A stretch of DNA of 63,004 nt, counting the filler, from Octopus bimaculoides (lineage: Eukaryota): NCBI RefSeq assembly GCF_001194135.2. It is 5 parts of 5 records of this genome, joined end to end, with 100 filler letters (N's around TTAATTAATTAA, not from the genome) between each part and the next. Parts side by side here need not be neighbours in the genome. Positions count along the whole stretch, not along the records: positions 1 to 4,333 come from NC_068997.1; positions 4,434 to 23,597 come from NC_068983.1; 3 more parts are not named here. One strand, 5' to 3'. A program made the translations under genes and the position numbers. Each line of letters opens with the position of its first letter. Positions within the stretch are counted from its first letter, which is position 1. The notes under the pieces are model-generated. The model searched no databases and had not been told where the DNA came from. It saw only the letters and a program-made list of their open reading frames with translations. Of the stretch, positions 1-10,752 are shown piece by piece.

Positions 1-418
1 TTCATCGTACTTGTGGCTATGGCGAAAGAATGTGTATGGTGGACGCGTCTGAAAGGTCTAGAGACAAGGACTTTCCTCTCTGGGCAATCTCTCATCAACT
101 TCTTCAAGTATCACCTGAAGAGGAAGGTGAGAGTAGAAAGGGAAGTCTTGTCTAGTGAATGCTTCAAAAAAAGATGGGTGAATGTAGCAAGGATGGCACG
201 TGTGAACGACGGAGCCATCTTGAGCATAACCCTATGAACTAGAAAAAAATCCAAGAAAAAAAAACCCCCAAAAAACAAAAAGGCAAAAGAGAGTCACTTA
301 CTGTTATAGTTTCTTCAATGAGAATATTGACCAAGGTTACCGTGGTCTTTTCCGTAGGCTTTTCTTTCCACGGCTAAACCTAAACTGTCCTCCCCTCTTT
401 TTACACGAGAACATTACT
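1..418 (+). mobile_element. 3' part of Tx1/L1-like non-LTR retrotransposon (ORF2 C-terminus 1-237 plus partial 3'UTR)
   Basis: Frame open from base 1 (FIVLVAMAKECVWWTRLKG...FFKYHLKRKVRVEREVLSSECFKKRWV); homologous to C-terminus at 42.5 kb; UTR 271-418 near-identical to reverse complement of 60022-60170. Confidence 0.75.
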
Positions 419-706
419 ACAGGGTTTGTGAAACAAGTTACAATTAATATGTTTAAGATGGAGTTAAATTGGCTGGATCAGTAACATAGCAAGCTACGTG
501 ACTGTGGGTTGTGCGATCAAATCTTGCTTGTGTTTCGTCACAAGCAACGTTATCAAACGATGAAAGTAAACAAACAAAGTTTGTTTTTTAGAAGCGTTGA
601 GATGTATTGTAAGATACAGAAATAAATTTATTTCTCAAACGAGTGATAATGCTATAAATAGCGTGATCAAGATAAATTATCCATACATTGCAGAAAAATA
701 CGTTAC

Positions 707-780
707 TGGCCAGCCATGAGACTCGAACTCACATCTCTGTGATTACGCGTCAAGTGTTTTACCATTAAACCAAGCTGCCC
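707..780 (-). pseudogene. tRNA-like sequence (Thr(CGU)-like), left arm of foldback
   Basis: A box TGGTTTAATGG, D stem GTTT/AAAC, loop CGCGTAA, T arm GTGAG-TTCGAGT-CTCAT, T5 terminator ~8 nt downstream; anticodon and acceptor stems imperfect. Confidence 0.65.
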
Positions 781-859
781 AGCAACGAATTCTTTTGCGA
801 TTTTAGAACTTGTAGATAACTTATAAATTTAGCTTAAATTTATAAGTTCTAAAATTGCA

Positions 860-932
860 GCAGAATTAGTTTAATGGTAAAACACTTGACGCATAATCAC
901 AGAGGTGTGAGTTTGAGTCTCATGGCTGGCCA
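860..932 (+). pseudogene. tRNA-like sequence, right arm of foldback
   Basis: TAGTTTAATGG A box, GTTTGAGTC degenerate B box, TTTTT at 941-945. Confidence 0.55.
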
Positions 933-1434
933 GTAACGTATTTTTCTGCAATGTATGGATAATTTATCCTGATCATGCTATTTATAGCATTATCACGCGT
1001 TTGAGAAATAAATTTATTTCTGTATCTTCTAATGATATCAAAGATGAAAAAAGAGTAATGGGCGTGTGATACATGTTTAATATACTTTGTAGAATACTAT
1101 GATTTCATAACGAAATACTGTGTTCCAGTAGGTCATCAGCATTTACGTACCAGCTTCCAGGAATGTGTTTAAGACATGCAATTGGTATGTCCAATGACGT
1201 TACACCGCTGTATTTAGTGTGCATTTAAGCAACGAGTTCGTGGATGACTAACAGGTTGGATAAGTACTGATGAAGGAGCAGCAAATCCCGAAATATGTCA
1301 AATACGCCCATTACCCATTTCTCATCTTCGATCTCATTGTTTGCTGACATCAGGCGTCCCGGATATGAAGCGTCGTAACAAAATCAATGCTGGTTATAAT
1401 TCCTATAGAAAATCTGTAGAAATAACCATAACAA

Positions 1435-1590
1435 AATGCTTTACGTTCTGAGTTTAAATTCCGCTGAGGTTCACTTTGCCTTTCATCCTTTTTGGGGTCG
1501 ATAAAATAAGTGCCAGTTGAGCACTTGGGTCAATGTAATCGACTCGCTTCGTCCTCCAAAATTTCACGCCTTGTGCCTATTGTAGAAAAA
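1435..1590 (+). mobile_element. SINE family A (tRNA-headed), partial
   Basis: GTTCTGAGTTTAAATTCCGC...GCCTTTCATCCTTT..GGGGTCGATAAAATAAGT core shared with >15 copies in the window. Confidence 0.8.
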
Positions 1591-1879
1591 GTTTATAATG
1601 ACAAAATGTGATTTTGGTAAAATCAAGATGCCGTTTCTAGCAGATGGAGCAACTTGCAGATGTTCTCGAGTCTGACTCTGTGAAAATTTCTTAGTATTTC
1701 TCGGTAGAATGCTTTATTTTACATTACCTTAGATTCATTCAGTTGCTTGGAACGACACCAAAATGATCAGGAATCATACAAGCGGTTATGCCTTTCCTAC
1801 CTTGAGGCGTGGTTTGACGGATTCCTTTCACCTGCTTCTCGCACCACGACGCTGCAGCACTAAGCGTAACGCTTGCAAT

Positions 1880-2081
1880 GTCTATCAACTTAAAAACAAC
1901 CCTAACCCAAAACAAATTATCGATGGCCACTTAATCGATTTTACAAACTATTTTCGTAGGTTAGGAATATCGCACATCACATAACAGTTTGATAGCGCAC
2001 GAACGCGTGAAAGGTCAGTTGCACTTTTAACTGCTGAATAAACTCTTAGAACAATGAATACCCGTAAATCAGAAATGACCT
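1880..2081 (+). mobile_element. Possible diverged member of unclassified TIR family X
   Basis: AACCCTAACCC motif followed ~180 bp later by ACCCGTAAATCAGAAATGACC, resembling family X end CCCGCCAAATCAGAAAGATCC. Confidence 0.3.
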
Positions 2082-2224
2082 AAAAACTGTTTTTAAAAAA
2101 ATTATAAAATAAAAATGAAATGAATAAATACAGAAAATAACCTTTGACACCAGCCTTAGAAATAAACATTTTCGTTTGTATTTTCTGGAACTAACGATTT
2201 ACAGCTCACTGGTTTAAGACTACA

Positions 2225-2520
2225 AACAAACATAAAACACACACACACACATACACACATACACACACACACACACACACGCAGACACGCATATATATAT
2301 ATGTATATATATATACGTATATACTGTATACATATACGTGTGTATATNNNNNNNNNNNNNNNNNNNNNNNNNNNNNNNNNNNNNNNNNNNNNNNNNNNNN
2401 NNNNNNNNNNNNNNNNNNNNNNNNNNNNNNNNNNNNNNNNNNNNNNNNNNNNNNNNNNNNNNNNNNNNNNNNNNNNNNNNNNNNNNNNNNNNNNNNNNNN
2501 NNNNNNNNNNNNNNNNNNNN

Positions 2521-2566
<46 letters not shown>

Positions 2567-2620
2567 GTATGTTGTACATATGTAAATATGCTTCCTTGTG
2601 TGTGAGTGTATGTGTGTGAG
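2225..2620. repeat. Compound (CA)n/(TA)n microsatellite spanning an N gap
   Basis: Direct inspection. Confidence 0.95.
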
Positions 2621-3049
2621 TGTATGCGCGCGCATGTTTGTGCAGCCGGTTCCTCATACTGGACCAGTTGTTTTCACTCCGTCCGATGAAGCATCTACAC
2701 GCCAGGGAAACCTCTGAATAGCAGGCTAATGAACCAGCATAGAAATGCACTCGCGGAAACACACGAAATAAACATATCTAAATGTCTCTCCATATCGATA
2801 CGCATTAATGCCCCCCCCCCCATCTCTGGTGATCCCTCGGGTTAGATGTTGTTATTGTTATGTAGCCCAGCTCAACCCTAATCAACCAATCCCATCATCT
2901 CAGGAATAATTTCTTTCTTGCTACAGTATCTAACATATTCGTTCTTCTTTCTTAAGACCGAAGGATGTGATATGAGATAGAATGAGCCTCTATTTGATTT
3001 GCCATTCCAAATATATCGTGGGTTTGCCAAGCTAAGGACTATAATATCG

Positions 3050-3240
3050 TGATTTTTTTTTATTTTACTTGTTTCAGTCATTAGACTGTGGCCATGTTGG
3101 GGTACCACCTTGAAGAATTTTTAGTCGAATGAATCGACCCTAGTACTTATTGTTTTTAAAGCCTGGTACTTATTCTGTCGTTCTCTTTTACAGAACCGTA
3201 AGTTACGGGGACGTAAATACACCAACACCAGTTGTCAAGG
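3050..3240 (-). mobile_element. SINE family B, 3' half
   Basis: TACTTGTTTCAGTCATT..GCCATGTTGG..CTAAGTTACGGGGACGTAAA, reverse complement of 4790-4950. Confidence 0.8.
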
Positions 3241-3559
3241 ATCACAGTATAGGAAGTTAGTAAATTTTGAGCAGTCCGTAGAAGGCACAAAAATTATCTT
3301 TCGGCAATAATAGTGATTTACTGATGTAGAAGGTTGTAAATTTTTTCCGAATCGAACTTCGATAAACTGAAAAAGTTATTTCATAGTTTACGGTTAGCAA
3401 CTGGAGTTGCTGTGGATGCGAATAAAATCTACTTCACGCCCTAATTTTGTATATATATATATATACCAGAGTAAGTACATAAATGTGAAACAAGGTGGAA
3501 AAAAAGAGTACTCAAATACCAGAGGTAGAGTAATATGCTTTATATATATATATATATAT

Positions 3560-3730
3560 ATATACGACAGGTTTCTTTCAGTTTCTGTCTACCAAATCCA
3601 CTCATAAACCTTTGGTTGGTCCGGGGCTGTAGCAGAAGACACTTGCTCATTGTACCACGTAGTGGGACTGAACCCGTAACCATGTGGTTGGGAAACAAGC
3701 TTCTGCCACATCTGCGCCTGCGCCTGCGCC
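3560..3730 (-). mobile_element. SINE family B, 5' half (tRNA-like head)
   Basis: TTTCAGTTTCTGTCTACCAAATCCACTCA..GGGACTGAACCC matches the family B head. Confidence 0.8.
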
Positions 3731-4027
3731 TATGGGTACGCATTTTTGATGCTGCTTTTGACACCTTATAGTAATATCATTTGGCTGGTGTTACAGTTAG
3801 TGTTGTAGACGTGACTGTGTTTCTGAGTGAGCCTACATATACTCCGAGTTATTAAGGAACAAGAGCATACTACAGCAACAGGCTATACACCATGTAAATC
3901 CAAATGGTCCTTATTTAAACAGGCTTTTTTTTATTGTTAAATAGTTGTCTGTGGGTGTGGCTAATGGGAAGCCTTTACAGATTCGAAGTGAGCTGTTTTA
4001 TATTCCATATGCTTTATGTTCTATAAG

Positions 4028-4333
4028 TGTTATGTTTCCCTCGGATGACTCGTAGAGATAACATAACGAGTTATACAATTTAATTATTACATTTATTGTT
4101 CAATTACATACAAAGAACGCACTCACCCAATGTTCGTTATGAATAAACAAAAGTCATGTCCACCATATATATATATCAATGACATTTTACTACGACAGTC
4201 CCACAAGACAACAACAATGAAACAATGAACTCAGACGAACCACATGACACACGGAACGTCAGACGAATTACATATCTAACAGTCCATATAACACCTCCCG
4301 ACTGAAATTGATGCTACACAAGAAGTATCAACA
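4028..4333 (-). mobile_element. 3' LTR (4028-4293) of an LTR retrotransposon with PPT and start of internal region
   Basis: TGTTAT...ATAACA termini; minus-strand GGGAGG polypurine tract abuts the LTR; homologous to 12876-13142 and 23361-23597. Confidence 0.75.
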
Positions 4334-4570
4334 NNNNNNNNNNNNNNNNNNNNNNNNNNNNNNNNNNNNNNNNNNNNTTAATTAATTAANNNNNNNNNNN
4401 NNNNNNNNNNNNNNNNNNNNNNNNNNNNNNNNNCTTTTGTCGAATTTTCGAAATACATTTCTTGAAATATTGTTATACTTGGAGATGGTCGTATTCTGCC
4501 AATTAAATACATGCACTAAATATTTAATCTTTACCTCAGCTTTATTATCGTTATTTTAGTTTAGTCAGAA

Positions 4571-4960
4571 GTGGCTGTGTGGTAGGTAGCTTGCTTACCA
4601 ACCACATAGTTCCGGGTTCTGTCCCACTGCGTGGTACCTTGGGCAAGTGTCTACTACTATAGCCTCGGGCCGACCAAAGCCTTGTGAGTGGATTTGGTAG
4701 ACGGAAACTGAAAGAAGCCCGTCGTATATATGTATATATGTGTGTGTATTTGTGTTTGTTTGTCCCCCCACCAACGCTTGACAACCGATGGTGGTGTGTT
4801 TACGTCCCCGTAACTTAGCGGTTCGGCAAAAGAGACCGATAGAATAAGTACTAGGCTTCCAAAGAATAAGTCCTGGGGTCGATTTGCTCGATTAAAGGCG
4901 GTGCTCCAGCATGGCCGCAGTCAAATGACTGAAAGAAGTAAAAGAGTAAAAGAGTAAACC
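4571..4960 (+). mobile_element. SINE family B, full length, with internal (TA)/(TG) microsatellite
   Basis: tRNA-like head GTGTGGTAGGTAGC..CCGGGTTCTGTCCC; tail GAAGTAAAAGAGTAAAAGAG. Confidence 0.9.
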
Positions 4961-5574
4961 TGAAGTGAAGACCAAGTATATAGTGCGAGTTGTTAATTGG
5001 AAAAATACGACCATCCTCAAGTATAACAATATCTGTTTCAACACACGGTTTCACATCAAGAATCTTGTAAAACAAATGCATAAACGTAATTTCTTGAAAG
5101 GTTTTCGGTATATCCAAATAATTTTTCGATATTTACTTGGCATTCTTTTCTCTGAATTTCTTTAAAAAAAGTTAGAGAAACACATAAAAAATTGATTATA
5201 GGTTCTTAGGTACTTTGAGAAGTTTGGTAGATGTAAATCCATAATCAATAGATTGGCATGAAAATCTGGTATTAAGCCAGAAACGAGTCGTTTTAATCAG
5301 CGTCAAGCTTTGTATAAACTTTGGTGATAAAAAAAAAGTATGTAATACTTGCGATTGCGCGAGACAAAATTTGGCTCGTTAAGGTCTATGGAATTCCAAA
5401 CATTGCAGGGTAAGTAGAGCCATCAAGAACAACGTAAAGGCTACAAAGAAAGTAACTACATGGTTCTGATTTAAAAAGAAAAAAAAAAACAAAAACAAAA
5501 AAAAACAAAAAAACGTAATTATGTCCAGTCTATTCGTTGTTCGATAGACTAAGTGAGTGAGTATTACTTTGCTT

Positions 5575-5720
5575 AAAAATAGGTGGGGGTTGGCGACAGG
5601 AAGGGGATCCGGCGATAGAAAATCTGCCTTAAAAAATTCAGTCTAATCCAAGCAATCCTGGAAAAGTGAGCGTTAAGATGACGACGACTATGTTGATGAT
5701 AATGACGACGACGACGATGA
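5575..5720 (+). mobile_element. RTE-type 3' tail (SINE/LINE end) with (GAC/GAT)n
   Basis: GGTTGGCGACAGGAAGGG..GGAAAAGTGAGCGTTAAGATGACGAC; homologous to 62265-62410. Confidence 0.6.
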
Positions 5721-5758
5721 TTCTGGATTCCAAATTTTGTCAGTTAATGCCTCTTATC

Positions 5759-6145
5759 CAGGCGCTGGATTAACCATTAAGTAAAATAATCACGTGCTTA
5801 GAGCACCACAGAAGTGGTGAATGGTTTTACGGCACAAAAGAAATCACTTTAAACTAGCTAAAATAATATTCGAAGTGGTTTATGTGATCGGAAATATATT
5901 TTCGAAGCGTTTGTGGTGACATAGTGAGGATCTGATAAAAGTAGGGGAAAACTTTTTAGGTATAAATAAAGTGGAAGGGTACAAAAATAAACATTATTTT
6001 CCATCTTATTGTTAGTTTTGTTACATTTTGAAAAATAAAAATTTGCTTTGAGGTTTATTATTGCTTATATTTTGAATTACATATGTATGGGGACACCAAA
6101 ACCTTTTAAGTGCTTAGGGCCTCGGTGGATCTAAATCCGGCCCTG
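5759..6145. mobile_element. hAT-type MITE
   Basis: Imperfect TIRs CAGGCGCTGGATTAA / TAAATCCGGCCCTG; exact 8-bp TSD CTCTTATC at 5751-5758 and 6146-6153. Confidence 0.85.
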
Positions 6146-6554
6146 CTCTTATCCACCGATAATATAAGTACTAAGCATGCACTGGGATTGATTCAACTGA
6201 CTGTACCCTTCACTTATATATTTGTGATATTGTTTCAGTGTAGAAATCAGTACACCATGTGACGTACATTACAGCTGTTGACAGATTCCTAAGAAATCAA
6301 AACTACGATTCACTTCCGACTTTAAGATTAAGGCACGATTACCCCTGAGAAAGTGATAAATTATACATTTCCGATTTTCTATTCTGTAAGATATAATGCC
6401 AAGTCAAGTAGAAATTCCTGTAATACGTTAAAAGAGCGATAATCAGGATTTCATATTTCAACATAAGCAGCTCAATGTATCAAAGATTTCTTGCCTAAGG
6501 CAAACAATAGAGCACCGGACTACATACATTGCAGTACTTGCTTTGAGTTGCCTG

Positions 6555-6730
6555 CAGGCCTATCTGAGTGGTTAAGAAGCTAGCTTTGCAACCAAGTAAT
6601 TTTGGGGTTCCATCCCACTGCACGGCACTTTTGAGTAAGTGTCTTCTTGTATAGCCCTAGACCGACCAAAGAGCTTTGTGAATGAATTTGGTAGATGAAA
6701 ACCGAAAGAAGCTCATCGTGTATATATCTT
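6555..6730 (+). mobile_element. SINE family B, 5' half
   Basis: GTGGTTAAGAAGCTAGC..GACCAAAGAGCTTTGTGAATGAATTTGGTAGATGAAAACCGAAAGAAG. Confidence 0.75.
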
Positions 6731-7440
6731 GATAATTCTAAAACTCTTGGGATGTTTGTCTGTACCCGAAATATCACAGAAATAGTATATTTTATCTTAA
6801 TGTTTTGCTTATTTATTTTCATACTTACTTTCGGCAGTGCAATTTTTTGTGACATTTGAACCTCTATTTATTAATGAAAACGAGTAAACACAATTTTTAT
6901 TTGTTATTTCTTGACGAAAAAAAAACTTGTCTTCCGTGACGTCAATACACGTACACACATACAGAATATACACACATGTAATGAATGTCATGGCGTGTCA
7001 CTCAACACAAACACACGTCCCCTATCCATACATATACACACACATAGTCTTCGCGATCTCTAAGAAAAAAGAAAGACGTCGACTTTTTGACATATACAAT
7101 ATTATAATCATTTAGAAATATTTTTAACTGAATGTGATTTCAAAAATATAAATTGTTTGTACAGTAAGTATTTATATTTTAGCTTTCTTTAATCCGACAA
7201 TATTTTAAAGTTCTTTTTATTACTTTCAAGTCGTTCATTTCCGTAAAAAAATGTTATTTATCTACTTTTGTTTTAAAGTGAAAGAGAGGAGAAAGCGAAC
7301 GATGTATGTACGTGTATATGAAATGGGCGTGTGTGTGTGAAAGAGAGAGAGAGAGAGAGAGAGAGAGATAAAGGGTGTGTTGTCATGTATACGTACATAC
7401 ATCAATGCATATGCGTACATCTTTTTTGTATGTATGTGTA

Positions 7441-7495
<55 letters not shown>

Positions 7496-7541
7496 GTGAG
7501 TGAGTGAGTGGACGTATGTATTCTCATGTATGTGTAAGTGG

Positions 7542-7598
<57 letters not shown>

Positions 7599-7794
7599 AT
7601 GTCCATTTCATATATACGTTCATACATCTTTCACTCTCTCTCCTCTCACTTTGAAACACAAGTAAATAAATAAATAAATACGGCAGTTAACGTTGCTGGT
7701 CGATAATATAAACACTACTGTATTCCTCCGCTACGCAAACCAATATTGTATCTAGTAAAGAAAAGAAATCAATGGACCAGCAATAATCTTTTCT

Positions 7795-7993
7795 TCTCTA
7801 GGCACAAGGCCCGAAATTTTGGGGGATGGGGCCAGTCAATTAAATCGACCCCAGTACGCAAGTGGTGCTTAATTTTTTCGACTCCGAAAGGATGAAAGGC
7901 TAAGTCGACCTCTGCGGAATTTGAACTCAGAACATAAAGACAGACGAAATAAGCATTTCGCCCGGCGTGCTAACATTTCTGCCAGGTTGCCAC
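7795..7993 (-). mobile_element. SINE family A
   Basis: Reverse-complement family A core GAAAGGATGAAAGGCTAAGTCGACC..GGAATTTGAACTCAGAAC. Confidence 0.85.
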
Positions 7994-8464
7994 TTTATTG
8001 GACCAGTTATAATACCGCGTCGGATAGTCTGTAACTGTCTACCACGAAAAAAAAAAAAACAGTCTTTATTACAGAAATAGTTATTAGACAAAAAAGAAAT
8101 ATTTATTGCTGCAAAAGAAATAGCTCTTGAAGCAAATGTTCCCAACATATGAAAAAGTATTTTCAGTTACACAATAATGTGAGATCTGAATCGCGTAAGA
8201 AACAATGAGATACGACAATAACATTAGAAAAATGACAAAATTGTTTTCAGAGAAAGGTTCAAAATATTCTTTTAAAAATCTGTTGCCATAAACTAAGTTC
8301 CCATAAAAAATGAATGATCAAATAACAAAGTTAAGTTCTCCTCAGCCTTGTGTGAGAAAGTTTAATGCTTTGCACAGTGTTTTGTATGTTTCTTTGTTGT
8401 TTTTGTTTGTGTTTTGTTTTTTTCACTAGCTTATTACTCCTTAGTCAATTGATTAATATACTTT

Positions 8465-8904
8465 CTTCTGTAAGCACAAGGCTTGAAATTTTGAAGGAGG
8501 GGATAGTTGATTACATAAACCCCAATGATCAACTGGTACTTTATATTAATCAACTCTGAAAAGATAAAAGGTAAAGTCGACCTCGGCAGCATTTGAATTT
8601 GGCATGTAAAACCTGAAGAAATGCCTCTAAGTATTTTGTCCGGCGCGGTAACGATTCTGCCAGCTCGCCGCCTTAGTCTATTGGTAATTTATCGGTTGCA
8701 AATTTTGGCAAAAAGCCAGCAATTTCAGGTAGGGGTAAGTCGATTACATCGACCCCAGTGCTCAGCTGGGACTTATTTTATCGATCTCGAAAGGATGAAA
8801 GGTAAAGTTGACCCTGGCGGAATTTGAACTCAAAGCTGAAGACGGGCGAAATGCCGCAAAGCATTTTGCCCAGTGTGCTAACAATTCTACCAGCTTGCTG
8901 CCTT
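8465..8904 (-). mobile_element. Two tandem SINE family A copies (8465-8674, 8698-8904)
   Basis: Two consecutive reverse-complement cores, each ending CCAGCT(C/T)GC(C/T)GCC. Confidence 0.85.
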
Positions 8905-9114
8905 GGTCTCTTGGTTAATATCAAAATGTCTTCTTGGGTAACCGTTGACAATAGTGCAGATTGAGATTCAGTAGAAGTAGTTTTAAACACTTTACATGAC
9001 CTATATATTGATGTTTACAGCCCTTGGAAACAGCTAGGAAGTCGTCTGACAATCTCAATTCCCTCTCCTACAAAGCCGTTGTCTTAATGTCTGAGATAGT
9101 ATTATTAGCATTTT

Positions 9115-9270
9115 AAGGTAGCGAGCTGGTAGAATCTTCACGTTCTAAGTTCAAATCCTACCTTTTGGGGTCGATGAAATAAGTACCAGTCAAGAACTAG
9201 GATTGATGTAAATGTCTAATCCTCTCTCGTCAAATTTCAGGTCTTGTGCCTATGGTAGGAAGGATTATAA
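9115..9270 (+). mobile_element. SINE family A, internally deleted
   Basis: AAGGTAGCGAGCTGGTAGAATC..GGGGTCGATGAAATAAGTACCAG. Confidence 0.75.
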
Positions 9271-9320
9271 GCATTCTTTTAAGGCAACTAATCGGCAGTG
9301 TCGATAGAATTCCTTGCGAT

Positions 9321-10752
9321 TTTAGATTGTCGTGCTCACGTGGTGAAACCATCTAATAACGACTCCGTTCAGAAAGCTGGAATAATACATATATGTACCA
9401 GAGGGAAAAGGGAGAGACACAACCGAGTAGAATGTTTGAGAGATGATTTATTGATATGTTAACATGTGTGTCTGTGTGTGCGTCATGTATACAGAATAAT
9501 AGACAGGCCGTCATGAGAGCAAAATGTGTGTCCAGGCATGGATGTATGCATGCGCGTTAAGTACATATAAGAATAGCAATGAAGAAGGAAACAGTGAAAG
9601 AGTGTATAATGAGAAGTTAGACGAATGTTCATAGACAAGAAATGAGAGTACCAGCTCGTAATCAATTGTACACAGTTGTTGAAATACTGTACCAAGAGGT
9701 TGCAGCGATGATGCGGAGCCGGTGCGGTACATGTCGTACGAAGTTGTGGCTGAAATGCTGTTGCTTGGGTCACTTGTACAGGAGTTTTCGCAGGTTGTAT
9801 ATTCGCTGTTAATCCATGGTGAAGTAATTCATGAACAGTGCAGTTGGAACCTGGGCGGGTTGATGGTTGCCGTGTACGTAGAGAGATGTTGACGACGTTA
9901 AGAAGATGATGGTAGCGACGAAGAAAGAGATTACCGTAATGTTGTTGGACAAAGTCGGTAAGTCTCAACGTAGCTGCTGTTGTGTTGTCACTGGAACTGG
10001 CTGTGTTTTGTGTGGTCAGTGGCTAAACCTTAAAAAGTCTGGAACCAAAGACCTCGAGACGAGGGGAAGGTGAGTTTTTATGAGGAACAGTAGGCTAAAA
10101 CGAGATTGAGAACAGGCCGTCTCACATGATCTTATTTAGGGGCTCCGATTGGTTATACGCTGCATATTGGCGCAACAGAGTAAGAGACAAATTGCGCCAA
10201 ATTGCACAGAGTAGTGGACACAACGGGGTCCAAATGGCGGCCAAAGGCTAACTGTTATCTGCTACGTTCGAATGTACGTATATATAATAAAGGGGAGAAG
10301 AATTTCACTCGAGTGTACGCTACAGATAGCCCCTCACAAGTCATTTTGTGGGAGACAAAATAGACGATAAAAGGAAGATATTTCTGTAGCGAAGAGGTGA
10401 AATTAGAAAGAACGGTTCGTCATTGAAAGAAAATGATAGCTGGCATTGAACTACGGAAAAAAATGCGTGTTCTAAGTCGGGTCACCTTTATAGATGGAAT
10501 TGTGATCGAGAATGTCGGGGTTACCATTTTAGATGGAATTGTGATCTAGAACGTCGGGTCACATTTTAGATGGACGAGGTCTCAGGTGGTGAAACCATCT
10601 AATAACGACTCCGCTCAGAAAGCTGGAATAATACATATATGTACCAGAAGGGAAAGAGAGGCACAACCGAGTAGGCTAGCTATTATCTGCTACGTTCAAA
10701 TGTACGCATATATAGTAACGGGGAGAGGAATTTCACTCGAGTGTACGCTACA
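9321..10752 (-). mobile_element. Non-autonomous miniature LTR retroelement (long LTR 9321-10324, ~240-bp internal region, deleted LTR 10565-10752)
   Basis: Both LTR copies share the GTGGTGAAACCATCTAATAACGACTCC left end and TTCACTCGAGTGTACGCTACA right end; PBS-like motifs complementary to the tRNA-Trp 3' end; weak GAGGGG PPT; interrupts a SINE-A variant. Confidence 0.7.

Larger units (their letters stand above)
611..1028. mobile_element. Foldback/palindromic element with tRNA-like sequence in each arm
   Basis: 611-770 vs reverse complement of 869-1028: 6 mismatches in ~160 bp; central palindrome AACTTATAAATTTA-GCT-TAAATTTATAAGTT. Confidence 0.9.

Noticed and set aside
1262-1305. CTGATGA..CCCGAAATATGTC, canonical hammerhead-looking core
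   Set aside because: Stem I does not pair (AAGTA vs AAATAC); at best a decayed copy, so not called.
2680-2770. CCGATGAAGC...GAAAC possible hammerhead
   Set aside because: No consistent stem II or stem III could be drawn.
4334-4433. TTAATTAATTAA island centred in 100-bp N runs (also 23598-23697, 35087-35186, 60171-60270)
   Set aside because: Identical 44N-12bp-44N layout four times, with stops in all six frames: an artificial scaffolding linker, not biology.
9483-9968. 161-aa ORF on the minus strand
   Set aside because: Lies inside the long LTR; no gag, protease or other recognisable motif.
10476-10573. Short regularly spaced repeats resembling a CRISPR array
   Set aside because: Units are tandem with no unique spacers, the context is eukaryotic and there are no cas genes; explained as PBS duplication.
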